Shown here: positions 27,244-36,007 of the stretch, piece after piece
How positions within the stretch are numbered: position 1 is the first letter of the stretch
Layout of the letters: each line of letters starts with the position of its first letter
Assembly (NCBI GenBank): GCA_030429665.1
Contig: JAUIEZ010000007.1
Span: 7,877-71,876, forward strand
Origin: Gammaproteobacteria bacterium
Lineage (GTDB): Bacteria > Pseudomonadota > Gammaproteobacteria > Arenicellales > CAJQKF01
Reading direction: 5' to 3'
DNA length: 64,000 nt
The notes under the pieces: generated by a model
What the model was told of the DNA's origin: nothing
Seen by the model: the letters and a program-made list of their open reading frames with translations, nothing else
Database searches by the model: none
Made by a program: the position numbers and the translations under genes

Positions 27244-28326
27244 TTGAGCGACGCGCCGCGCATCGTTGTCTTCGGCCCGTCCTGGGTCGGCGACATGGTC
27301 ATGGCGCAGAGCCTGTTCATGGCCATCAAGGCGCGCCACCCCGGCGCCCGCGTCGGCGTCATCGCGCCGGCATGGACCGAGCCGTTGCTGGCCCGCATGC
27401 CTGAGGTGGACCTGCCGCTGGCCGCCGACTTTCGCCACGGCGCGCTGAACCTCGTCGAACGACGCCGCCAGGCACGGAGCCTGCGCGCGCAGGCCTTCGA
27501 CCAGGCCATCGTCCTGCCGCGTTCGATCAAGTCGGCCCTGGTGCCGTGGCTCGCGCGCATCCCGGTGCGCACCGGCTATCTCGGCGAGATGCGCTACGGG
27601 CTGATCAACGACGTCAGGCCGCTGGACAAGGCCATGCTGCCCCTGACCGTGCAACGCTTCGTCAACCTGGCCGCCGATCGCGGCGCGGCGCCGGTCACCG
27701 ATTATCCGCGGCCGCGGCTGAGCGTCGACGGCGCGGGCGTCGACGCCTCTCTCCGGGCCGTCGGGCTGGCGCCGCCCGAGCGGCCTGTGCTGGCCATGTG
27801 CCCGGGCGCCGAATACGGACCGGCCAAGCGCTGGCCGGCGCGACACTTCGCCTCGCTGGCGCGGGACGCCGCGGGCGCCGGCTGCGCGGTGTGGCTGTTC
27901 GGCTCGGACAAGGACACGACGATCACCGCGGACATCAACCGGCAAAGCGGCGGCATCTGCGTGGACCTCGCCGGGCGCACGCGCCTCGGACAGGCCATCG
28001 ACCTCATGTCACTGGCCGCCGCCGTGGTCAGCAACGACTCGGGTTTGATGCACGTGGCGGCGGCACTCGAACGCCCCCTGGTGGCGCTGTACGGCTCCTC
28101 CAGCCCGGACTTCACGCCGCCCCTGTCGAAGGACGCTGCCGTGCTGCGCCTGGGGCTTCAGTGCAGCCCGTGCTTCGAGCGCGAGTGCCCGCTGGGCCAT
28201 TTCCGCTGCATGGAGGACCTCGCGCCCGCGCGGGTCATGGATGCGCTCGGACCGACGATCGACCGGCACGGGGCGCGAAGCGGGGCTGCGCGGGTTGGCG
28301 GCAATGCCGGCGAAGGTTTAAAGTAG
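27244..28326 (+). CDS. waaF: ADP-heptose:LPS heptosyltransferase II
   Basis: GT9 family. The N-terminus RIVVFGPSWVGDMVMAQSLF and the C-terminal SNDSGLMHVAAAL..CSPCF are typical. The only in-frame start seen is TTG 27244. Confidence 0.85.
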   Translation: MSDAPRIVVFGPSWVGDMVMAQSLFMAIKARHPGARVGVIAPAWTEPLLARMPEVDLPLAADFRHGALNLVERRRQARSLRAQAFDQAIVLPRSIKSALVPWLARIPVRTGYLGEMRYGLINDVRPLDKAMLPLTVQRFVNLAADRGAAPVTDYPRPRLSVDGAGVDASLRAVGLAPPERPVLAMCPGAEYGPAKRWPARHFASLARDAAGAGCAVWLFGSDKDTTITADINRQSGGICVDLAGRTRLGQAIDLMSLAAAVVSNDSGLMHVAAALERPLVALYGSSSPDFTPPLSKDAAVLRLGLQCSPCFERECPLGHFRCMEDLAPARVMDALGPTIDRHGARSGAARVGGNAGEGLK

Positions 28327-28331
28327 CGCGG

Positions 28332-30374
28332 ATGAAGCTTGCATTTTGTCTTTTCAAGTATTTCCCCTACAGCGGCCTGTCGCGGGACTTCCTGCGTATA
28401 CTGCTGGAGGCGCAATCGCGTGGGCACGACATCCAGGTCTTCGTGTCGCAGTGGCAGGGCCCGCGCCCGGAGGGCATCCCCATTACCGTGCTGCCCACCT
28501 ATCGATGGATGAATCACGCGCAGAACGCGTCGTTTCACCGCCAGGTGAAGAAGCACCTGCGCGAGCAGCACTGGGACGCGGTCATCGGCTTCAACAAGAT
28601 GCCCGACATGGACATCTACTACGGCGCGGACTTTTGCTATATCGGCCGCGCGGTACCGCGCTACAGCCCGCTGTATCGACTCACGCCCCGCTTCCACCAC
28701 TTTTTCACCTTCGAGCGCGCGGTCTTCAGCACCCAGAAGCAGACCATGATCCTGTCGCTGTCCGAGCGGGAGAAGGGCGTTTACCAGCAGTTCTACGGCA
28801 CGCCGGAGAACCGCTTCCACATCCTGCCGCCGACGCTCGACGAGAAACGGCGCGTGCCGCCCGCGCCGGAAGTGGTGCGCCGCGAGATGCGCGAGTACTT
28901 CGGCATCAACGACGAGCAGTACCTGCTCCTGTTCGTCGGTTCGGGTTTCAAGACCAAGGGGCTCGACCGCGCCATTCGCGCCCTGGCCGCGCTGCCGACC
29001 GCGCTGCGGCAGCGCAGCGAACTGGTGGTGGTGGGCCAGGACAATCCGCTCTGCTACCAGCGCCTGGCGCGAAAGCTCAAGGTGGATCACCAGATCCGCT
29101 TCCTCGGCGGGCGTTCGGACATTCCCGAGATTCTCACCGCCGGCGACCTGCTGGTACACCCCGCCTACAGCGAGAATACCGGCACCATCCTGCTCGAGGC
29201 GCTCACCGCCGGACTGCCGGTGCTGACGACGGACGTGTGCGGCTATGCGCCGCACATCGATCGTGCCGAGGCCGGCACGGTGTTGCGCTCGCCGTTCGTC
29301 CAGGAGGCGCTTAACGAGCAGCTCGGCGAAATGCTCATCTCGCCCGAACGCGAGCAGTGGAGCCGCAATGGCCGCGAGTACGGCGACAACCCGAGGCTCT
29401 ACCGCATGCCGCAGACGGCGGTGGACCTGATCGAGGGCTGGTGCCGCGAGCGCAGTCAGTACCCGCACCAGCAGGTGGTGGAAACCGAGGAAGGCGTCAG
29501 CATCTACATTCGCGACGACCTGCGCGCGGCGCTGCGCACGCGGCACGACTTCGACGACCTCATGTCGCTGGGCGGCGAGGTGTTCCGCGAGGCGCCGGGT
29601 CGGCGCACGGTGCGGCTGACCCGGGGCGACAAGAACTACTTTCTCAAGACGCACACCGGCGTCGGTTGGCAGGAGATCATGAAGAACCTGCTCTACTTCC
29701 GCCTGCCGGTGCTGGGCGCCATGAACGAATGGCACGGCGTGCACCACCTGCACCGCCTCGGCATCGATACGCTGAACATCGCCGGATACGGCACCACCAG
29801 CGGCAACCCGGCGAAGCGGCGCTCGTTCATCGTCACCGACGAGATCAGCAACAGCATCAGCCTAGAGGACTTCTGCGAGCGCTGGAAGCGCTCACCGCCG
29901 AAGACACCCGAGGAAATCCGCTTCAAGCGCTGGCTCATCGAGCGCCTGGCACAGATGTCGCGCGACATACACAACAGCGGCGCCAACCACCGCGACTACT
30001 ACCTGTGCCACTTCCTGCTGCAGCGCCACGGCGACCCCGAGGTTCTCTCTCCGGAGAACAGCCGCCTGTTCCTCATCGACCTGCATCGAATGCAGATTCG
30101 CCGGCGTACGCCGGTGCGCTGGGCGGTGAAGGACATCTCGGGACTGCGCTACTCGAGCATGGACCTGGGCCTGACGCGGCGCGACATCTACCGCTTCATG
30201 CGCATCTATCGCTCCAAGCCGCTCAGGCCGATCCTCGGCAAGGAAAAACTCTTCTGGCGACGGGTCGAATCGCGCGCGCGCAACCTGTACGAGGCGGAAA
30301 AGCGCCGCGCCGAACTCAGGCGGCTCACCCAGCCCGGCGGCAGCCAGCCGGTACGCGTCAGACCCGTACAGTGA
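28332..30374 (+). CDS. Fused LPS core glucosyltransferase WaaG (GT4) and core heptose kinase WaaP, single 680-aa reading frame
   Basis: ATG 28332 (MKLAFCLFKYFPYSGL..) opens a GT4 domain ending around 29460. The frame continues without a stop into a WaaP-like kinase (FREAPGRRTVRL..YFLKTHTG.., HNSGANHRDYYLCHFLL, FLIDLHR). The supplied ORF 27546..30374 confirms there is no in-frame stop. Confidence 0.8.
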   Translation: MKLAFCLFKYFPYSGLSRDFLRILLEAQSRGHDIQVFVSQWQGPRPEGIPITVLPTYRWMNHAQNASFHRQVKKHLREQHWDAVIGFNKMPDMDIYYGADFCYIGRAVPRYSPLYRLTPRFHHFFTFERAVFSTQKQTMILSLSEREKGVYQQFYGTPENRFHILPPTLDEKRRVPPAPEVVRREMREYFGINDEQYLLLFVGSGFKTKGLDRAIRALAALPTALRQRSELVVVGQDNPLCYQRLARKLKVDHQIRFLGGRSDIPEILTAGDLLVHPAYSENTGTILLEALTAGLPVLTTDVCGYAPHIDRAEAGTVLRSPFVQEALNEQLGEMLISPEREQWSRNGREYGDNPRLYRMPQTAVDLIEGWCRERSQYPHQQVVETEEGVSIYIRDDLRAALRTRHDFDDLMSLGGEVFREAPGRRTVRLTRGDKNYFLKTHTGVGWQEIMKNLLYFRLPVLGAMNEWHGVHHLHRLGIDTLNIAGYGTTSGNPAKRRSFIVTDEISNSISLEDFCERWKRSPPKTPEEIRFKRWLIERLAQMSRDIHNSGANHRDYYLCHFLLQRHGDPEVLSPENSRLFLIDLHRMQIRRRTPVRWAVKDISGLRYSSMDLGLTRRDIYRFMRIYRSKPLRPILGKEKLFWRRVESRARNLYEAEKRRAELRRLTQPGGSQPVRVRPVQ

Positions 30375-31138
30375 GCGTCGCGACGACGCGCATCAGCGCT
30401 CACGCGCTGTTCGGTCCCTACTGCCGGCGCGAGTTCGTACTGGCCGACGAAACCGCCATCTACCGCCATGCCGACGCGCGAAGGTTGGTCTGCATGCGTG
30501 CCCGCTACGATTCCCCGGCCCTGCGTGAGTTGCTGCTGGCGCTCGACGTGGAGATGGCCGGCCCCGGATTCACACGGCTCAAGCATGACGGCACGACGAC
30601 GGTGGGCGTCACCTCGCGCGACGGCCGCCGCCTGGTGATCAAGCGCTACAACACCAAGAACCCGTGGCACTTCGTGCGTCGCGCCGTGCGGCGTTCGCGG
30701 GCGCACAATTGTTTCGAGTCCGCCCGCGAGCTGGTCGCGGCCGATATCGCCACCGCGCAACCGGTGGCCTACGTGGAGTCACGCGCCGGACCGCTCAAGG
30801 GCCGCTCCTGGCTGGTCACCGAGTTCGTCGAAGGGCCGCTGTGCCTGGACTACGCGCTCAATCACGCCAGCCGGCGCGAAGTCGCCGAGATCGCCGCGCG
30901 GCTCGAGCGGCTGTTTCGTAAGCTCGCGAAGCGGCGCATCACCCACGGCGACATGAAGGCCTCCAACATCGTGCTGCGCGAGAGGCGCTTCCCCGTGCTC
31001 ATCGACCTGGACGGCATGCGGCGGCACACGTCCACGGCCACCTACGATGCCGCCCACCAGCGCGACCGCGCGCGATTCATGAAGAACTGGCGCGAGCGTC
31101 CCGATCTCGCCATGAGCTTCTCGCGCATCGACTGGTAG
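30371..31138 (+). CDS. Lipopolysaccharide kinase (Kdo/WaaP) family protein
   Basis: The GTG start at 30371 overlaps the preceding stop (GTGA). Kinase motifs are present (VIKRYN.., ITHGDMKASNIV, LIDLDGM). Length is 255 aa. Confidence 0.75.
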   Translation: MSVATTRISAHALFGPYCRREFVLADETAIYRHADARRLVCMRARYDSPALRELLLALDVEMAGPGFTRLKHDGTTTVGVTSRDGRRLVIKRYNTKNPWHFVRRAVRRSRAHNCFESARELVAADIATAQPVAYVESRAGPLKGRSWLVTEFVEGPLCLDYALNHASRREVAEIAARLERLFRKLAKRRITHGDMKASNIVLRERRFPVLIDLDGMRRHTSTATYDAAHQRDRARFMKNWRERPDLAMSFSRIDW

Positions 31139-31156
31139 CCGTACTACGCGACGACG

Positions 31157-32023
31157 ATGTCCGACGACCTGTTCGATTTCTCCCGGCCGCGCCGCGTCTT
31201 CGCGGTGATGGGATCGCCGGTGGCACACAGCAAGTCGCCGATGATCCACGCAATGTTCTCGCGGCAGACCGGCATTGGGCTCGAGTACACCGCCATCCAC
31301 GTCGATCCCGGCGGATTCCCCGCGGCGGTGAGAAACTTCCAGGCCAACGGCGGCAGCGGGCTCAACGTCACGCTGCCGTTCAAGGAGGAGGCGTTTCGCC
31401 TGGCCGACGCACGGTCGGCGCGCTGCGAGCGCGCCGGCGCGGCCAACACGTTGCGCTTCGACGCCGACGGCGGCGTCTACGCGGACAACACCGACGGCGC
31501 CGGCCTGGTCGCCGACATCAGCGCAAACATCGGCCTGGCGTTGAACGACCGCCGCGTACTGCTGCTGGGTGCCGGCGGCGCGGTGCGCGGCGTGCTGGGC
31601 CCGATTCTCGACGCCGCGCCCGCGCGGGTGGTAATCGCCAACCGTACGCCGGGCCGCGCCGACGCCCTGGCGCGCGCATTCGCCGACCTGGGTGACGTGG
31701 ACTCGTGTGGTTTCGGCCGCCTCGAGGGTCGGCGTTTCGACGTCATCGTCAACGGCACCGCCGCGAGCCTCGCGGGAGAAATGCCGCCGATACCCGAGAC
31801 CTGCGCGGACGGCGCCGCGCTGGCCTACGACATGCTGTACGCGGACGAACCGACCGTGTTCATGCGCTGGGCCCGGCGCGCCGGCGCGGCCGAGGTTCGC
31901 GACGGCATCGGCATGCTCGTCGAGCAGGCCGCCGAGTCTTTCCTCGTCTGGCACGGCGTGCGCCCCGACACCGCCGAGGTGCTGCGCGAGGTGGGAACCA
32001 ACCGCGACCGGGCGCGGTCGTAG
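31157..32023 (+). CDS. aroE: Shikimate dehydrogenase
   Basis: Motifs [14 protein letters not shown]-like ([16 protein letters not shown]), NVTLPFKE and GAGGAVRGV are present. Confidence 0.9.
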   Translation: MSDDLFDFSRPRRVFAVMGSPVAHSKSPMIHAMFSRQTGIGLEYTAIHVDPGGFPAAVRNFQANGGSGLNVTLPFKEEAFRLADARSARCERAGAANTLRFDADGGVYADNTDGAGLVADISANIGLALNDRRVLLLGAGGAVRGVLGPILDAAPARVVIANRTPGRADALARAFADLGDVDSCGFGRLEGRRFDVIVNGTAASLAGEMPPIPETCADGAALAYDMLYADEPTVFMRWARRAGAAEVRDGIGMLVEQAAESFLVWHGVRPDTAEVLREVGTNRDRARS

Positions 32024-32069
32024 TTCGAAGCAACCACGCGATTCACCCTCTTACCCGGAAATCAGACCC

Positions 32070-32600
32070 ATGCAAGTACTCAAGCCCCGACAGGCGGTTC
32101 CGTCCCTGGCGCTCGACACGCTCGACGGCCGCTGGTCGCTGGCCGAAGCCGCGCCCGAAAACTTCACCATGGTGGTGTTCTACCGCGGGCTTCACTGTCC
32201 GATATGCAAGAGTTACGTCGGCGAATTGAATCGCCTGTGCGAATCGTTCGCGGAACGCGGTGTCGAAGTGATCGCCGCCAGCAGCGACGAACGCGATCGC
32301 GCGGAACAGGCGAGGGACGAGTGGAAACTGGACCGTCTCAACGTGGGATACGACTTGACCGTGGAGCAGTCCCGGGCCTTCGGGCTGCATCGTTCGGCGG
32401 GCCGGGGCAAGACGTCGGCGGGTATCGAGGAACCGGCCGAGTTCAGCGAACCTGGCCTGTTCCTGGTGCGTCCCGACAATACGCTGTACTGGTCGAACAT
32501 CAGCACCATGCCGTTCGCCCGCCCGCACTTCAAGGAAGTGCTGTCGGCGATCGGGTTCGTGCTGGAACGCGACTACCCGGCCCGGGGCGAACTCGACTAG
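32070..32600 (+). CDS. AhpC/TSA (peroxiredoxin-like) thioredoxin-fold protein
   Basis: The start is ATG 32070. The CxxC-type motif FYRGLHCPICKSY is present. Length is 176 aa. Confidence 0.75.
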   Translation: MQVLKPRQAVPSLALDTLDGRWSLAEAAPENFTMVVFYRGLHCPICKSYVGELNRLCESFAERGVEVIAASSDERDRAEQARDEWKLDRLNVGYDLTVEQSRAFGLHRSAGRGKTSAGIEEPAEFSEPGLFLVRPDNTLYWSNISTMPFARPHFKEVLSAIGFVLERDYPARGELD

Positions 32601-32812
32601 GACGCCGCCGCCCGAACCGACGGGCCCAGGACGACGATTCCGCGACACGAACCCTTTGCCGGCACCGCTATGACAACGGTGTCGGCAAAGGGCTCGCGCG
32701 CGCGGTGCTTGGGCTTTCGCCGGTATTTCGTGCGATCGCGGTGCACGTCGGCGCGCTGAAAACGCGCGGCGTGCTTCGCCACCGGGTTGCGTACGGGTCG
32801 TTTTCGTTTCAT
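32597..32812 (-). CDS. arfA: Putative alternative ribosome-rescue factor ArfA (full ORF; active form predicted to be truncated at the internal hairpin)
   Basis: This is a 71-aa highly basic ORF with GGAG 8 nt before ATG 32812. The segment NPVAKHAARFQRADVHRDRTKYRRKPK resembles the ArfA core (..PLFRxRVEK..KGKGSYxRK.K). A strong hairpin spans codons about 40-54, as in E. coli arfA. Confidence 0.55.
   Translation of the reverse strand: MKRKRPVRNPVAKHAARFQRADVHRDRTKYRRKPKHRAREPFADTVVIAVPAKGSCRGIVVLGPSVRAAAS
32652..32692 (-). other. 16-bp stem-loop inside the arfA-like ORF (candidate RNase III site / intrinsic truncation element)
   Basis: The arm ccctttgccggcaccg (32652-32667) pairs with cggtgtcggcaaaggg (32677-32692) across a 9-nt loop. 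There is a single mismatch at 32662/32682. Confidence 0.6.
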
Positions 32813-32885
32813 GGGCACTTCTCCGTGTCAGCGGTTTGCAGGTTCGCTGGTTCGGCAACGCCCGCGGTAAAAAGTTCGAGCCGAA

Positions 32886-33686
32886 CTATCGGCGCCGCCA
32901 GCGTTCGACGACATCGACCAGCGCATCGAGTCCGTCGGTGAGCGCCGCCGGGCCGGGCTGCAGGATGATCGCGGACTTGATCTCGTGCACGTGGCCGCCC
33001 GCGACGGCCTTGACCTTCTCCCAGCCGGGACGCTCGGCGACCGACTCGGGTCGAAAGCGCCGGCCGCACCAGGAGCCGATGATGATATCCGGGTCGCGCC
33101 GAACGACGTCCAGGGGATCGGCGACGATGCGGTCCTTGCCCAGCGGCTCGGCCGACTTCTCCGGAAAACACTCGGCGCCGCCGGCGATCTCGATCAACTC
33201 GGCCACCCAACGGATGCCGGTAATGATCGGGTCGTACCACTCCTCGAAGTAGACCAGCGGCCGGTCGGCGGCATTCTCGTTGCGCTCGCGCACCGTCTCG
33301 ACACGGCGTTCCAGCGTACCCACCAGTTCGCCGGTGCGCCGTACCGCGCCGACCAGGTATCCCAGCCGCGTGATCATGTCGAGGATATCCTGCACGGTTC
33401 GATGATTGAATACGTGCACCTCGACGCCCCGCGAGATGAGCTCGCGGGCGATATCCGCCTGCAGGTCTGAAAAGCCCAGCACCAGGTCCGGTTCGAGTTC
33501 GAGAATGCGCTCGATCTTCGCCGAGGTGAAGGCGGACACCTTGGGCTTCTCACGGCGCGCCCGCGGCGGACGAACGGTGAATCCGGAGATTCCCACGATG
33601 CGCTCCTGCTCGCCGAGCAGGTACAGCGTTTCCACGGTCTCCTCGGTCATGCACACGATGCGGCGGGGGAATCGATCTTTCATCAT
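32886..33686 (-). CDS. Periplasmic-binding-protein type 2 (BtuF/FhuD-like, cobalamin/siderophore-type) protein without a signal peptide
   Basis: The start is at 33686 (MMKDRFPRRIVCMTEETVETLYLLG..IVGISGF). The cluster-A binding-protein pattern is present, with no hydrophobic N-terminal leader. An ATGA overlap joins it to the upstream DMT gene. Confidence 0.8.
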   Translation of the reverse strand: MMKDRFPRRIVCMTEETVETLYLLGEQERIVGISGFTVRPPRARREKPKVSAFTSAKIERILELEPDLVLGFSDLQADIARELISRGVEVHVFNHRTVQDILDMITRLGYLVGAVRRTGELVGTLERRVETVRERNENAADRPLVYFEEWYDPIITGIRWVAELIEIAGGAECFPEKSAEPLGKDRIVADPLDVVRRDPDIIIGSWCGRRFRPESVAERPGWEKVKAVAGGHVHEIKSAIILQPGPAALTDGLDALVDVVERWRRR

Positions 33687-34570
33687 CGCCTCGCAATGGC
33701 CGTGCGCCGGTTGAGCCCGACGCTCGCCACCACCAATGCGGCGAAGGCGAGATCGCGCACGCCCCAGGCCTCGCCGAGGATCGTGGTGGCGCCGACGAGC
33801 GTGACGAACGGCTGCAGCAGCTGCACCTGGGAGACCCGCGCCACGCCGCCCAGTGCCAGCCCGCGGTTCCAGAAGAAGAAGCCGGCCAGTTGGCTGACCA
33901 GCGCCAGGTAGCCGAACGCCGCCCACTGCTCCATGCTCACGGACGCGAGGTCGACCGGCGCGTAGCGCCAGGCCGGCACGACGATGAACGGCAGCGACAG
34001 CACCAGCGCCCAGCAGATGACCCGCCAGCCGCCCATGTGCTTCGACAGCCGGCCGCCGACGGCGTAACCCACGGCTGCCGACACGGTGGCGCCGAGCAGC
34101 AGCAGGTCGCCCGTGGACAGGCGGCCGAGGTCCGCGCCGCCGGCGTAGAACACCACCAACGCGGCGCCCGCCGCGGCCGTCAGCCAAAAGCCCGGAGAAG
34201 GCCGCTCGCGGTTGAAGACGACGCTGGCGAGCGCCGTGGCCAACGGCAGCAGCCCGAGCACCACGCCGCCGTGGGAGGCGGGCACGCTCTGCATCGCCAT
34301 GGCCGAGAGCACCGGGAACCCCAGCACCACGCCGGCGGCGACCACCGCCAGCGCCGGCCACTCCTGGCGTTCCGGCCAGGGCGACCGGGAGAGCACCAGC
34401 AGCACGGCGGCCGCCAAAGCCGCTATCACGGCGCGTCCCAGGCCGACGAACACCGGATCCATGACCGGCACCACCAGTCGCGTCATGGGCAGCGTGAGGC
34501 CGAACGCGGTGACCCCCACGGCGCCCCATAGCAGCCCGCGAAGGGCATCCGTCGCCGCGGTATCGCTCAC
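33683..34570 (-). CDS. DMT superfamily (EamA-like) transporter
   Basis: About 10 TM segments and two EamA repeats are present. The GTG start at 34570 overlaps the cobB stop (GTGA). Confidence 0.85.
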   Translation of the reverse strand: MSDTAATDALRGLLWGAVGVTAFGLTLPMTRLVVPVMDPVFVGLGRAVIAALAAAVLLVLSRSPWPERQEWPALAVVAAGVVLGFPVLSAMAMQSVPASHGGVVLGLLPLATALASVVFNRERPSPGFWLTAAAGAALVVFYAGGADLGRLSTGDLLLLGATVSAAVGYAVGGRLSKHMGGWRVICWALVLSLPFIVVPAWRYAPVDLASVSMEQWAAFGYLALVSQLAGFFFWNRGLALGGVARVSQVQLLQPFVTLVGATTILGEAWGVRDLAFAALVVASVGLNRRTAIARR

Positions 34571-35484
34571 CGCAACGGCAGTCGGCGAACGAGCGCGTCC
34601 AGTACCGCGGCGCAGTCGTGCTCGATTTTCAGGTCCGCCTCGGCATCGGCGCGCGTGCGGCCGCGATTGACGATCGCCAGCGGCTTGCCTGCCGCCTTCG
34701 CCGCGCGAGCGAATCGATAGCCCGAGTAGACCATCAGCGACGAACCGACCACCAGCAGCGCGCCGCCCGCCTCGACGGCGGCGTATGCCCGCGCCACCCG
34801 CGGCGGCGGCACCGCCTCGCCGAAGAACACCACGTCGGGCTTGAGCACGCCCCCGCAACAGGCGCAATCAGCCACCGCCAGCTCGTCGTAGCCCGACTCC
34901 ACCGCCGCGTCGCCGTCGGCGACGGTCGCGACGTGGCGTCCATGCCGATCGGCAACCCGGCGACGGTATTCCACGTTGATCGCCATCATGCGCTGCTGGA
35001 AGTCGTCGCGCGGCTCGCTCGCGCCGCACGCGGTGCAAACCACGTCGGCCAGGCGTCCGTGCAGGTCGATGACCCGTCGCTGGCCGGCGCGCCGATGCAG
35101 GTCGTCCACGTTCTGGGTAATCAGCGCCTGCACGTAACCGCGCCGCTCCAACTCGACCAGCGCGTGGTGGGTGGCGTTGGGCCGGGCGGCGCGAAAGCGC
35201 GGCCACCCCACCATGCTGCGCGCCCAGTAGCGACGGCGCGAGGGCAAGCCGGACATGAACTCCGCGAACTGCATCGGCTGGCGCTGCTTCCAGGCGCCGT
35301 CGGCGTCGCGATAGTCGGGGATGCCCGAAGCGGTGCTGCAGCCGGCGCCGCACAATACCGTGACCGGGGCGTGTTCGACCAACAGGCGGCGCAGCGCTTC
35401 GATCGTCGCCACGGCAACGCCGGCGGCCGGCGCGGCGGGCCGTGCCGGCACTGGCGACGCGGCCACGTCAGTGGCTTCGGTCAC
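34567..35484 (-). CDS. cobB: NAD-dependent protein deacylase, SIR2 family
   Basis: Motifs GAGCSTASGIPDYR, QNVDDLH and HG are present. The Zn ribbon is CTACG...CACCGG. Confidence 0.9.
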   Translation of the reverse strand: MTEATDVAASPVPARPAAPAAGVAVATIEALRRLLVEHAPVTVLCGAGCSTASGIPDYRDADGAWKQRQPMQFAEFMSGLPSRRRYWARSMVGWPRFRAARPNATHHALVELERRGYVQALITQNVDDLHRRAGQRRVIDLHGRLADVVCTACGASEPRDDFQQRMMAINVEYRRRVADRHGRHVATVADGDAAVESGYDELAVADCACCGGVLKPDVVFFGEAVPPPRVARAYAAVEAGGALLVVGSSLMVYSGYRFARAAKAAGKPLAIVNRGRTRADAEADLKIEHDCAAVLDALVRRLPLR

Positions 35485-35797
35485 GCGGAACGTAGACGCC
35501 GGATTCGGGTTCGTCGAACCAGTCGTTCAGCTCCGGATGGCTGAGCGGCTCGCCCGAGGTGTCCTCGACCAGGTTCTGTTCGGACACGTAGGCGAGATAG
35601 GTGCTTTCTTCGTTTTCGGCCAACAGGTGGTAAAAAGGCTGGTCCTTGCGCGGACGGATGTGCTCGGGGATGGACTCGTACCATTCCTCGGTGTTGTCGA
35701 ACTCGGGGTCTATGTCGTAAATCACGCCGCGAAACGGAAACAGGCGGTGCCTGACCACCTGGCCGATTCCAAACTTGGCAATCCTGATGCGATTCAT
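35468..35797 (-). CDS. hspQ: Heat shock protein HspQ (YccV, hemimethylated-DNA-binding fold)
   Basis: The sequence FGIGQVVRHRLFPFRGVIYDIDPEF...QPFYHLLAEN is typical of HspQ. Length is 109 aa. Confidence 0.85.
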   Translation of the reverse strand: MNRIRIAKFGIGQVVRHRLFPFRGVIYDIDPEFDNTEEWYESIPEHIRPRKDQPFYHLLAENEESTYLAYVSEQNLVEDTSGEPLSHPELNDWFDEPESGVYVPRDRSH

Positions 35798-36007
35798 GCT
35801 TCACCCGGGTATCGGGCATGCGCCGCCAATCGCGCGCGGGACGCATGGAGGCACATGCTCATTGGAGTAGTGTAACGACACCGCCGCGCGATTTGAAAGT
35901 GGCGGCGGTTGGCACCAGAATGCAACGTGGGGACGCATCCGCGCGATTTCACGTACGCGCGGTGCGCTATCCGTAAGACAACGTCTTTCACTCGGAGGCG
36001 GAGCAAC

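Noticed and set aside
27546-28331. Upstream extension of the WaaG-WaaP frame, which makes the track ORF 942 aa.
   Set aside because: It overlaps waaF in another frame and is Arg/Ala-rich. The GT4 homology starts at MKLAFCLFKYFPYSG (ATG 28332), 5 nt after the waaF stop.
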